Assembly (NCBI RefSeq): GCF_009914755.1
Contig: NC_060931.1
Length of the DNA: 64,000 bases
Source: the human T2T-CHM13v2.0 reference genome, Homo sapiens
Strand: one strand, 5' to 3'
Position 1 is the first letter of the stretch, and each line of letters opens with the position of its first letter. Under the pieces are notes generated by a model, which was not told where the DNA came from, did not search any database, and saw only the letters and a list, made by a program, of their open reading frames with translations. Made by a program: the position numbers and the translations under genes. Of the stretch, positions 1-13,250 are shown piece by piece.

Positions 1-529
1 GACATTTCCATCCCAGAGAGTAGATGTGGAGGATGTCAGATTCAGAGAGAAAAAATTATTTGTCATTGGTTACAACCACAAAACCATTTACTATAGTTTT
101 AATATTGTGAATATCTGTTCTGATCCCAACAGATCATCAGTCAAGTAGAGAAAAATAGAACAAACTATTTCTAGAGTGTCTAAAGGATTCATTCTATCAT
201 TTTAGTAGATGATATACATGACCATCAACATTCAGTCATTTCATGAATAAGACAAGACATTATAATTTACCTTAGAGTGAAGCTGTTCTCATAGAATTTA
301 CATTGTGCAATTTTGCTTTTTCACATGAATAAATTAGGGGCTCAGGAAGCAGAAGGACAAATAAGGCAGAGAACAAGCAGGAAAAATAATTGAGGTAGGA
401 CCAGTAATCCATGGAGGATCCCCAAGTTCAGGTGAAAGCATAGAATATATCTGAATGTGAGAGTTGAGCCAAAGATAGACTCATTTATCCATGGACTAAT
501 GGATAGTCAAATACTAGTAAAAATAACAA

Positions 530-750
530 TAATAGCCATCATTTACAGGCTTACTCTTTGCTAGACTCTTTATATATTATATAATTTAATCTTTAGGACA
601 TCTTAGTAAAACTGTTCTGCAGATGAGAAAATTGGGTCTCAGAGATGTCAAGTGCCTTTCTTAAGGCCCTCCAACTAGACAGGGGCAAAGCTTTTAATTA
701 GATTTGGGCCTGTCTAATCCATTGATACAATCAAACAAAACCACTGTGCC
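530..750. mobile_element. MIR (degenerate)
   Basis: MIR core-like 'cagatgagaaaattgggtctcagagatgtcaagtg'; boundaries approximate. Confidence 0.55.
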
Positions 751-3700
751 CTGGATGGAAGTCATTAATTTAAGGGCAAGTAGAACTGGACACCTAGAAA
801 CTAAGAGATCCAGGAGTTCTCATTGTATATTTGGGACTAGGTGGTAGAGGACATGAAGAACAAGGAATAGCTGGCTGGGAATGAAAGCACTGACCCTCCT
901 GCAAGAGAAAAGTAAGACAGAAACCATGTAGTTGAAGAACCCAGATTCCAAAGGTTATCTCAAGCATTGTTTCAAAAATTGTTGACGAAGCAAATTACTC
1001 AGCTCTTCTCATCCAAAACCTTCTCGGCTTGGCGTAGACCTGGAATCCAGGGCAGGACTGAACCTCAGGGATGGGGACCAGTGTCCACCAGTGCACAAGG
1101 TGGAGAGGGGAAGGGAAGAAAGCCAAAAGGCCATTAATTAAACCCAGGGACTCCTGGCTCCCAGCAGGATCCTATTCTTTCTCTTCCCACAGTAAGAAGC
1201 TAGTGGGGAGATACAGACACCAGGTGAATCCCTCAGCTGACTAGTCAGCTGTAGGATAACTGGGAAAGTGAGAGGATCCTGCGTCCTCTTGAGGAAGTGC
1301 AGCTTTCTGCTGTCCAGGCTCTGGAGTCCCTGCTAGATTTGCTCACACACAGGACTTGCACTGGGCAGAAGTCTGTGGCACATGCCTTCAAAGCATTCCA
1401 TTAGCTGGAATTTAAAATTCTCTGACGGAAATCAGAATCCTGTCTGAAGGCAATTTTGCAACAGTGTGAGATGTGCATGAGGCTCCTGAAGGCCATGGAG
1501 CTGTTCCAGGCAATTCGATGAATGGAGTGTTCAGCCGGTCAGGGCAGGCACCCAATTTAAAACATGCAGGTGAATAACTGATGGGACCTCTTGCTCAAAC
1601 ATCTCGAATGCATTTTGCCAGGCTCTCCAAGTGTGTAAAAGTCTTGGAAAATAACATGAAATTGCCTTGACTGCACTCATAAAATGGCTGGATGTAAATG
1701 TCCTTTAAAAATAAAAATAAAAAAAACTAAAGAGCATTTTTAAGGCTTTTGCTTCACAATAGGATGAAAATGATTTGAGGTGGGAGCACAATGATGTCAG
1801 CGAAGTGTGGCTCAGCCACGCTTTTGGTAGTTAATGCAGTCAGAGACACGGAGGAAGTCAGAAAACCTATTCTAAAATGATGTCTTAATGCAAAAAGAAA
1901 AAGCAGTGATGTGTAAATAGATACTGAGTTGTGTATTCTATTATGCAGTTGAAGGAAATTGAGATCAGAACTGCCATTCTAAGAAAGAGTTGACACAGAT
2001 TCTCCATTTCAGTTTCTTTGAGGTGCTTAATAATCTGAGGTTGAATACAAAGACACCTGACTTTCCCGTGCCTTGATTTACCTATCTCTGAAGCAGAGAA
2101 GACACAGTGTGGCCACTCCATGATACTCTTGTGTGTAGTGTTTACCTTTCTCAGGCATGAGAAGGCTGCAATTACAAGATGGTTCTCAGAGATATGTGGG
2201 GTATTTTTATCATACTTGTTTAAGACGAGAAAAATGTTATCCCTCATTCCAAGAATATGAAATTCAATTTTAAGCAAGTTCACAAATTTAAAAAAAATTA
2301 TTATGTTCCTTCTATGTGCCAGAATTTGTGCTAGGAACTCAGAAGGCAGAGAACATTCTCTGTCCTTAAGGAACCTCAAGGAGGAGACAGACATATAAAC
2401 CAGCAATTACACTAAGTATTGCAGATATAGGTGGCAGTAGTAGTACATGTTTCCAGAGTGTGAACATAAAAATGGGATACCGGATCAATATGATTTGTGT
2501 GAGGTTGAAGCTACCAATATGCAAATGAGTCCCAAGTAGATGCCAGAAAATGCTTACCTAACAAAGCTGTTCCCACCTCTCCCAGTGAAAACAGAAGTCA
2601 GCCCACAATGTCTCTAAAATTCCCACTATCCAGCATTCTTAAAAGCCCTCCTAAAGAGGGTAGGATAGGAGATGCGAGTTGTACATGGAATTCAATAATT
2701 ATTAGATGTTAAATATTACTGAGACTGCCATTGCCGGCCAAGATAAAGTCAGCCCTCTATAGTCTGTCTCTCTCACAGATTACAGCTAAAAATGAATACA
2801 GAAAGTAACTATTTAAGGACTCTGAAAAGTAAACACCAGAAGATAGTTTGAAAGTCAAAATTTGAAGAAAAACCAGTATTAGGATGAGAATCCTGAGTTA
2901 TTTTTGCTTTTGTATCTCACTGCTTTGAAATGAAAATGGCCCTAATTATGGAACTGAGCAGTAGGAGCAGACATCAAAACTCAGAGAAATCTCCTTTGTT
3001 GAACCAAACAGATACAGAGACCTCTGTAAGCTGAAAAGTGTAGAATATATTCCAAGGCTTTTTTTTTTTCTGTTTTTCCCCTCTTTTTTCCTCCTATCTC
3101 TAAGCGAGGAGTGGCCACAGTCTAGAGCTTCTCTGCAGCAGTTGTGGCATGTGCACCTAAAACACTGAGAAAGCAAACAAACAAACCACTGTCTCTCTGG
3201 TCAGAGGATCTTCAAAAGAGTTCCCTATCATCCCAAGTGGATGGGGGAAAATTTTTGTTTTCGTTCTCTTTGTCTCTCCAGTTGTGTGGAACTGCATATC
3301 AGGGTGGTCATTATGGAAAATCAATATTCTCTAGAGGATTTTAACAGGACTCAGAGTCTCACAACATAATATCAGATTGTCTAAAATACAATCTGAAACT
3401 ACTTAACATACAAAGAACCAGGAAAATGTGACCAATAGTCAAGGGAAAAACCACTAACAGGTGCCAACCCACTCCAAAACAGCAAAACACATTCTTTTCA
3501 AGTACCTATAAAGGACACATTCTGAACCATTAAATAAACCTTAACAATTTTAAAATAATTGAAATCATACCAAATATGTTGACAATAATATGTATGACCA
3601 TACATGGTTAAAGAAAAAAATAAAAAATCAAGGATATCTAGAAAATACCTAAACATTTGGAAGTTAAACAACGCAGTGTAACTGTGTTAAACAACACAGT

Positions 3701-3904
3701 TCTAAATAACCCATTGGTCAAGTAAGTTTCAAGGGAAATAATAAAATATTTTAAAATAATTAATAATAAAAATACAATTTATAAAAAATTGTGGAAGTGC
3801 TTAGAGAGAAGAAAATTATAGTACTAAATGCTCATATTAGAAAAGAAAGTCTCAAATCAATAACTTAAGCTTCCACAGTGAGACATTAGAAAAAAAGAAC
3901 AAAC

Positions 3905-4234
<330 letters not shown>

Positions 4235-5301
4235 CTAAACCCAAAGCAAGCAGAGAAAATGAATTAACAAAAATAAAAACAAAAGTCAATGAAAATGAAA
4301 GCAGAAAAACAGTAGACAAAGCCAATGAAATATCAATAAAATGCATAAATCTCTAGCTATACTAAGCAAGAAGGAGAGAGAGAGAGAAGACAAAAGCTAT
4401 CAATATCAGGAATGGAAGAGTGGATATCACTACAGAAAAACAAATGACTGTATTACCACAAATTTGTGTTTAAATCAGGGTTAAATCAGGAATTAAATGG
4501 ACTAATTCCTTGAAACATACAAACTACCAAAGCTTGGTGAAGAAATTAGATAACTTGATTTGTCTCATATCTATTACAGAAATTGAATTTGTAGTTAAAA
4601 TACTTCAAAAAAGAAAACTCCACGTCCAGATGGTTTTACTGAGTTATTCTCCCGAACATTTAAGGAAGAAGTAACAAATCTATATAATCTTTTCTCAGAA
4701 ATAGAAAAGAAGGAAATACTTCACAACCCATTTTATTAGGCTAGAATTAGACCAGCATTAAAACCAGACCAATATCCCTTATGAACATAGGTGAAATAAT
4801 TCTGAACAAAATTTTAGTGAATCTATTCCAGCAATATTTACAAAGGATAATGTAACATGACTAAGCAGGATTTGTCTTGGGAATGTAAGGCTGGTTCAAC
4901 ATTTGAAAGTCAATCAGTATAATTAACTATATTAATAGGTTAAGAAGGAAAACCATGATTGCTTCAATAGATACAGAAAACGCATTTGAAATTTTCAATA
5001 TCTATTCATGATACAAATTCTCAGCAAACTAATAATGGAAGGAAATTTTTTTAAAACTGATAAAGCGCATGTAGAAAAAACTGTATAGTTGATTTCACAC
5101 TTAATGGGAAAAGACTGCTTTCCCCTAAAATGGGAAACAAGAGAAAGACTTTTGCTCTTACCACTTTTTTACAACATTGTTCTGGAAGGCCTAGCCAGTG
5201 CAATAAGGCCAGAAAAAGAAATAAAAGGCATTATGTAGAAAATTCCAAGGAATCTCTAAGAAAGCTCTAGAGCTCATAATCATAATTGACTAAAAAGATC
5301 A

Positions 5302-5636
<335 letters not shown>

Positions 5637-7157
5637 ATGTATTTCTATATACTACCAATAAATAATTTATATTGAAATTTTACATTATGCCATTTATAAT
5701 AGTGCCATAAAATAAAATATTAAGAGTAAATGTAATATCAGCAGGATCTATATGTTATAAACCCTGATTTTAAAAAAAATCCCAAAGAAAGGCCAAATAA
5801 ATGGGAAGATATACTGTGTTTATGGGATATTCATAAGATGTCAATTCTCCCCAAATTTATCTATAGGTTCAATGCAATTATAATCAAAATCTCCACAAAA
5901 TTATTTATATATATTGGCAAGCTGATTCTAAAGTATATAGGGTAAAGCAAAAGAACGAGAATAGCAAAAGAAATTTGAAAAAGAGCAAAGTTGGAAAACT
6001 CATACCACTTTATTTCAAGTTAGTGTAATCAAGCGTGATATTGGCAAAAGGTTGAACACCTAAGTCAATCAAATAAAATAAAGCCCAGAAATAGACCTAT
6101 ATAAATATGGTCAACTGAATTTCTAAAAACATACAAAAGGTAATTCAGTGGAGAAAGGATAGTCTTTTTAACAAAATTAACTCAAAATGAATCATAGAGC
6201 TAAGTATAAAATGTAAAACTGTAAACTTTTAAAGGAAAATATAGGAGAAAATTATTACATCCCTAAATTAGGCAAAAATTCTCATATTAACACCAAAACA
6301 ATACTTTCAAGGAAAAAAATTGGTAAATTAGAATTCATTAAAAATTAAGAATTTGCTTTGCAAATGACATTGTCAAAATAATGCAAAGAAAAGCCACAGA
6401 CTAGGAAAAAACCATCTGTGAATTACATATATGACAAAAGACTTGTATCCAGAATATAAAAAGATCTCAAAAATGCAACAATAAAAACACAAGGAAATTT
6501 TTAAAAGAATCAAAATTTTGAACAGACACTTCAACTAAAACACATATGTATGGCAAGTAGGCACATGAAAAGACAGTCAACATCAATAGACATCAGGGAA
6601 ATACAAACTGAAACCACTACCTGCCAATTAGGAAGGCTAAAGTTTAAACACAATATGACAGTACAATGTATTAGTGAGGATTCAGGCCACTGGAATATTT
6701 GAACAACAGTTTGGTAGTTTCTTACAAGAAACTTAAATACACACTTACGATCTGATCCAGCAATCTCATTTTAAGGTATTTATCCAAAAAAATGAAAACT
6801 TATGTTCATATAAAACCATTATGCAAATGTAATACAGCAGCTTTATCCATAATCACCCAAAGTTGGAAACAAATGTCCTTTAGTGAATGGATACACAATG
6901 AATAAGCAAATTCAGCCATAAAAAGGAACAAACTATTGATACATGCAACATGGAAGATTCTCAAATTCATTATGCTAAATTTAAGAAGCTAGGCTCAAAA
7001 AGCTACATATGGTAACCCATTTACACGCTACCCTGGAAAAGGCAAAACTACAGGAAAGAAGAACAAATCAGTGGTTGCCAAGAGTTTGGAGTGAGAGAAG
7101 TTGCCCCAAATGGGGGGCAGTTAGAAGGAACACTTTGGGTCATGAAACTTGATTGGG

Positions 7158-7509
<352 letters not shown>

Positions 7510-7589
7510 TTACCTTATGAAAATTAAAAATTAGGAAATCAAAAGAAAAGCATACATATAAAAAATAGTTTTTTCTAAGCATTTCTCAT

Positions 7590-7800
7590 TTGTAAGGTGT
7601 TTTAATTATGTTGTATGTTGTCTCATTTCACCCCCATAACAAATCTATGAAAGAGGTACTTTTATCCCCATGTTAACGTGAATAAACCCAGGTTTGGAAA
7701 AGTCGAGAAACATACTTACTGTCATATAGTTAACAAGTGACTGAGCAGGGATGTGAAGCCAGATTCCTCTGACTCCAAGGTCTGAGTTCTTCCTCCTGCA
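7590..7800. mobile_element. MIR (degenerate)
   Basis: MIR-like 'ctatgaaagaggtacttttatccccat...cagggatgtgaagccagattcctctgactccaag'. Confidence 0.6.
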
Positions 7801-7999
7801 CAGTGGTCAATTGGCTAGATCCACATAAACAGCATGCACAAACTCACCACTCACACATACATACCCACAGACACACACCACACAGATGGGATACATCTCA
7901 CAATCACATATATGGAATGAGTGATATGCAAATATAAAATTGCATTATTTTTATATTATTCTCATTTTATATAAATCCTACCACGAGGCATAGTCTGTC

Positions 8000-8560
8000 T
8001 CATTCATTCATTCATTTATCATCCCTTCATTTATTCCCTCATTTCCTCAGGAAATAGCTTCCTTTGTGGCAGGTGCTACTCCAGACTCTGGAGATACTAC
8101 AGTAAACAAAACAGAATAAACTCAAAAACTCTAAAATGCAACAATAAAAAACAAGGAAATTTCAAAAAGGATCAAAGTTTTGAACAGACCTTTCAACTGC
8201 AATATATATGTAGTTAATACACACACAAAAACAAGTAAATAACAAGTGGGATATTTGGTAGTGACAAGTGCTATGAAGAAACACTAAAGCAAAGTAAGAA
8301 GAGTGAGTAGGAGGAGGAACTGTTTTAGAGACAATGACCAGGGAAGCCTCTCTGCGAAGGGGAATTGAAGCAGAGAATGGATGGAAGAGAGGCAGGGAGT
8401 ATTGGGAAGGTCTGGGAGAAGGTTTTGCCAGGACACAGGAATAACCAGGAGAAGCCCCTGAGGTAGGAGTCGCTTGGCACGTTTGAGGTACAGCCAGTGG
8501 GCTGCTCGGCTTGGGTGAGCTTGCAGGGCTGAGAGTGGGAGGAAGCCAGGGAAGCTGTAG
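8000..8560 (-). mobile_element. L2 3' end fragment
   Basis: (CATT)n terminus followed by 'ggagatactacagtaaacaaaacaga...gacaagtgctatgaagaa...cctgaggtaggag', typical of antisense L2. Confidence 0.75.
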
Positions 8561-10559
8561 AACTTTCCTACTTACGGTGCGTACTTGTAGCTGTTCTTCA
8601 ATTCTCCAGTATAAGTGTATCTCCCTGGTTAATTGCAAATTATTTACAGGACCATGCTTTCTATTTTTTAAATGAATCTCAGTCTGTACCTGGCACTTCA
8701 CTGGGCATGGAGCTAATGCCAAATAAAAACGTGATGGTTGATGAGTGCTGTTCATACACATTTCCCAGTGGTTCTACCCCCGGAAGGCAGCTATGTGATC
8801 AATAAATAGGACGCCAGGAGAGTGGGAATTTCCAGCAGTACTTCATACTGTCACCTTTGAGACCTATAGAGAGTTCTGCTGAGGGCAAGTTTTTGTGGTA
8901 TAGGAGGTCATCCTGATGAGGGTTTTTTTTTTTTTTTTTTAATGGTGGCTTTTAGCGTAAATTGGCAGGGATTGATCAGGTGTTTCCTCTAGGCTAATGC
9001 TCCTTGGGGATCATGGGATGTGGTCTGCACACTCATCTGAGAAGTTCCAGTAATGGCAAGGCAGTCACCAGGGGACCCATGTCCTCAGAGGACCTGGCTC
9101 CTCAGAGAAACTGCAGGTTCACTGGGGGAGATTATCAGGACTTTAGACCTCAGGATGAAGAGACACACTCCAGGAGGGGCTGTGGATAGTTACTATGGTG
9201 CCCCAGAAAGGTGTCAGGGTAGTGCATGGGGAAAGCCCCCCAGGGTCCTGGCCAGCTTAGAGGCAATGGGGAGGAGCATGCTGGGCAGACTGTGCAGGAT
9301 CCAGTCATGATCAGCCTAGCTCCTGAGGGGCTTTGCGTGGCACAGGTGTGAGGATAAGAGCAAAGATTCCAGTAAGGAACAAAGAGACAGTGAGTCTCTA
9401 GGAAGCCTGGACTTTTGATTTAGCCAGACTTGGGTTTGCAGCCTAGCTCCTGCCCAGGGTAGAGTAAGCTCCTTTCACCACCACCGCCATTATAGGGGAA
9501 TCCTAGCAAATCTATGAGAGCCAGAAGCTAGACACAATGCCTGCTGCTTAGTGCTCACCATATACTTGTCCTTGGATAGCCAATGTCAAGTTAAATTTGC
9601 CAGAATTGTCACTCTGGGCCAGAAAGAGCTGTGTCCTGGCAATGGTGGCAGGGAGTCACCAGCAGGATCGGGTAGGACCCATGGTCACCACAGTGGCTAG
9701 TGCTGTGAGGAGGATGGAGATGCAGGAGAGTTTGCTCCCATAGGCGAGCACCATGGTGGGGCCACTGAGACTGAGACCAGCACACTGAGGGCTGGGCCTG
9801 GCAGTGGCCCCTTTGCACAGGCAGAAGAGCCTCCTGGAAGAGGACTCAGTCTGGGCCCACTATGGGGGCTGACTGCTTGTAAGGAACGGAATAGACCACC
9901 AGGGGAGAACACCTCCCACATGAGGTAGTGCCAGAGCAAGACGCTGGACCTGACAACAAAGCCTTCAGTGGTGAAGACAGCAGAGACTCCAAGCTCCCTG
10001 TGAAGGAAGTGACTCATCCCATCCCTAGCCCAGCTCCTTTCCTAAGGAGGAAAAAGGTGAGAATTCCAAAAAGAAAAACTCTGTCAGTAAATTCTAACAT
10101 GCGAGGTCTCAAGGAGCCCTACTCGGCCCCCGTCCAACAGCCAGTAACACAAAAAGCTGGCCGCTCAGAGACCACAGTACAGTCTGTTCTTAGGACAGAA
10201 GAGCAGATGGGTGGCACACAGGCCATAACCACCAACATGGAGTTGCTACGCCAGGTGGAGCCAGGGCCTCACTCCTGCACCCCGTGGAGCTGTGACAGCT
10301 GGTGGCGGGCATTCTGGTGACAAGTGAGCCATGAGCAGGCTTGCGTGGCACAGAGAGCGGGCTCGTTCTTACATACCCATGAGACACCCTCTGGAGAGTC
10401 CCAGAAATACTGGCCTGGAGCTTACAGGTGGAGGAGGTGTGAAGGTCTGCAGGTGCAAATGAGGCCAAGCAGTCAGTGAGATTTAAATTGGTCCTGTTAA
10501 CCTGACCTCATTTGTATCCTCAGTATGGAGGCACTTTGGGAAGATAAGGCAAGAATAGT

Positions 10560-10790
10560 GATGATCAGTAATAGCATCTACTTGTTGAGCACCTATTGCA
10601 AGCAGGCACTAGGCTTAAAACTCTAAACATATTTTTTTTTACTCTTTATCCCAACCCTGAAATAAGGACATTTGAGACGGGAGGAAACTGAGGCTGAGCA
10701 TTCATGTAAAGGTTGCGGCAGCATCTGGGAGAGGTGTGGGAAAGCACAGGAACAGGACCCAAATGTTCACAGCAGAAGCAGTCCCTAGCA
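10560..10790. mobile_element. MIR (degenerate)
   Basis: 'ttgttgagcacctatt...gaggaaactgaggctgag' MIR core. Confidence 0.6.
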
Positions 10791-12734
10791 GGGGCCCTTC
10801 TCTGGCATGCTCACTGCTCCCTCTGGACTCAGGAGGAGTCTCCAGGCTCCAGGAAGGACATGGGGCAAAGCTCTGCTTTTTGACCTGGGCATCTCCTTTT
10901 GAGGGAGTGGTGAGTTAGCCAAATGGGGCATGGAAATGACTGTGAAAATGGAATGGCAGCTGAAAGAAGGCCATGATCCAGGAAAGGGCATGAGGAGGGC
11001 AAACTGCAAAAGCCTGAGGCACTGCAGGGATGGGAATGTTGAAGGGTATAACAGCACATCAGGGTTTCCATGACTTTGATGCAAGGGGAAAGCGATTTTC
11101 ACCTCAGACTCAAACTGGAAGTTTTTCTCCCTACCAAAAGGCAGGATGCCAGAGAAACAGACCTTTTCCCTCCTGGGTAGGAGTTTGGTGTTTCTCCAGT
11201 GCTCCACTCTGACCTAGCAGGGAGCTAGCAGAGACCATCCCACAGTCACCTCATCCAGCAGAGGATTTTCCACATGTGCCACGGGCTCTGTTCCTCAGCG
11301 ACTTCAATAACAGAAGTTCAGCATTTGGGGGGTGCCAGGCTAAAGGAAGTCAATCAAGCTTCTTGTTTTGTGTTTCATTTTGCTTTTACCCTAGCATTTT
11401 CCAGAGCCTTTAACATGCTAAAACGAATTGTCACTCACCAGGAGTGGAGATGCAGCCGGTCCTGAATTTATCTGAAAAATGAAAATCTTTATTTGGAAAA
11501 TGCTTATTAACATCTTAGCGAATTGGTGTTCTGGGGAAGATGATTTAGGAAAATCTGCTCTATGCATGTCACTGCCTGCTTCATGATTGCTTACTGCTTA
11601 ATTTGATGCAACTTTTTTTTTAACCAAAGGTCAAATAATAACCCAGGTTTACCATTTGCAAAGCTTCTCCCTACTCCCAACACACACACCTTCCTCCTTC
11701 TTCCTCTTCTCCCTTTCCCTCTCCCTCTCCTTTTCCTGCCCTTTACTGTACAAGAATGCCTTGAATAAAGAAAACCTATAAAACAGAAATATAAATTTGG
11801 AAGTGATTATTTAATTGGCCTTTGATTTCATGACAGGCAAAAATAAGTTGGCCCTCAATTTTTTTTTTTTTTTTTGTAAAAAATGATACTTTAAATACTA
11901 AAGGATTTAAAGGATACTTGGTAAATATTTGTTGGTTTAATTCATGAAACATGTGGATGTTATGTGAAAATACATTATCTGTATCCCAGAAATAAAAAAA
12001 AATATCCTTTTTCTGGCCTAGAGCATAATACTTCACCTGGTATTCTATGTATATGGTGCCCCCTGCAGCAGCCCTGGGCTCATTACAAGTAACACTGATT
12101 CTTAGGTGTTCTATGCCTTTTTACCAATCTCTTTAGAGGAAGCAGATGAACATTTAGAATTTTAACAGGGAATGTTTACCTGAGGACAGAAGCTAGATGA
12201 AAAGATCAGCTGGAACCCAGAACACATATTTTTCCTGACAATCCAGCCAAATGTGAATCCAGGGACTCGGTGTAATTCATCAGAACAAAGCAACACTGCA
12301 GGCAGGTTGTGTGGTACCCATTTGCCTTTGTAATACCGCCATGCTCAATTCCAAACACAGTCTGTCAACTCATCGGAGCCCCACTGGTGAGAAAGCCAAG
12401 GCTGGCAGCAGGTTTGGTGCCACCTCTTGGTGCCAGAGCCACCTGCACACAGCATGGAGCAAGGGAATAGCCAGGGTGCCCTGGATCCAGTTCCTTCCAG
12501 AAGCCAGCAGCCCTAGGGCTCCTCCATCCCACTCCCAGCAAGAAGAAGCTGCCATGAATATGAAGGTGGGAAGAGGAAGCTCAGACCAGGGGAAGGCTTG
12601 GGCTGTGTGTTAATTCTTCTCTGGTCCCCAGGACCCAACACAGTTGTCTGGTTAATACTGCATTAAATGCAGTTAATTGATTCTAGCCCCATTTCCACTA
12701 AGAAATTCCTGAGTGCTCTCAGAAAGTTACTTCT

Positions 12735-13250
12735 CTTGGAGCCTGCAGCACAACAAACCACTCAGAACTTGGTGCTATAAAACAACAGCAAGCATTTGTC
12801 ATTACTATCTTTCACTTCTTTAGGGGTTGATGGGGCTCAGCTAGGCAGTTTTTGGTCCTCATGCAGTGACAATCAGACAATGGCTGGGGCTAGAGTTCTC
12901 TTGAAGGCCTTTCCATTCATATTCTCTGGTGCCTGACTTGGGAAGACCTAAATAGCTGGCGGCTGGAACAGTCGGGGCTCCTCAGGCACCTCTGTCTATT
13001 ACAATGTGCTCCCTCCATGTGGACTCTCTGTCAGGGTAGCTGGACTTCTTACATGAAGTCACCTGTACCCGGAGACAGGCTGGTGGAAGTCAATAACCCA
13101 TTGTGATCCAGCTTCACAAGTCAAGCAGTGTCACTTCCACCATATTATATGCACGGAGACAGTCAAAAGTGCTGCCCATGTTCCAGGGCAGGAGATAGGT
13201 CTCTCTTCTTGATGGGAAGAATGTTAAAGAATTTACAGACTTGCTTTGAA
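12735..13250 (-). mobile_element. Old MaLR LTR (MLT1-type)
   Basis: 'caaaccactcagaacttggtgctataaaacaac...gggctcagctaggcagtt...gtgtcacttccaccatatt' resembles antisense MLT1. Confidence 0.65.

Noticed and set aside
1885-2406. 173-aa minus-strand ORF (also 8162-8761 and 57279-57893)
   Set aside because: Non-ATG or weak starts, overlap with L2/Alu remnants, no domain features.
9004-10468. ORF cluster in the GC-richer upstream block as a possible gene or pseudogene
   Set aside because: No recognisable protein similarity, no consistent exon structure, no poly(A)/TSD; more likely regulatory or neutral DNA.
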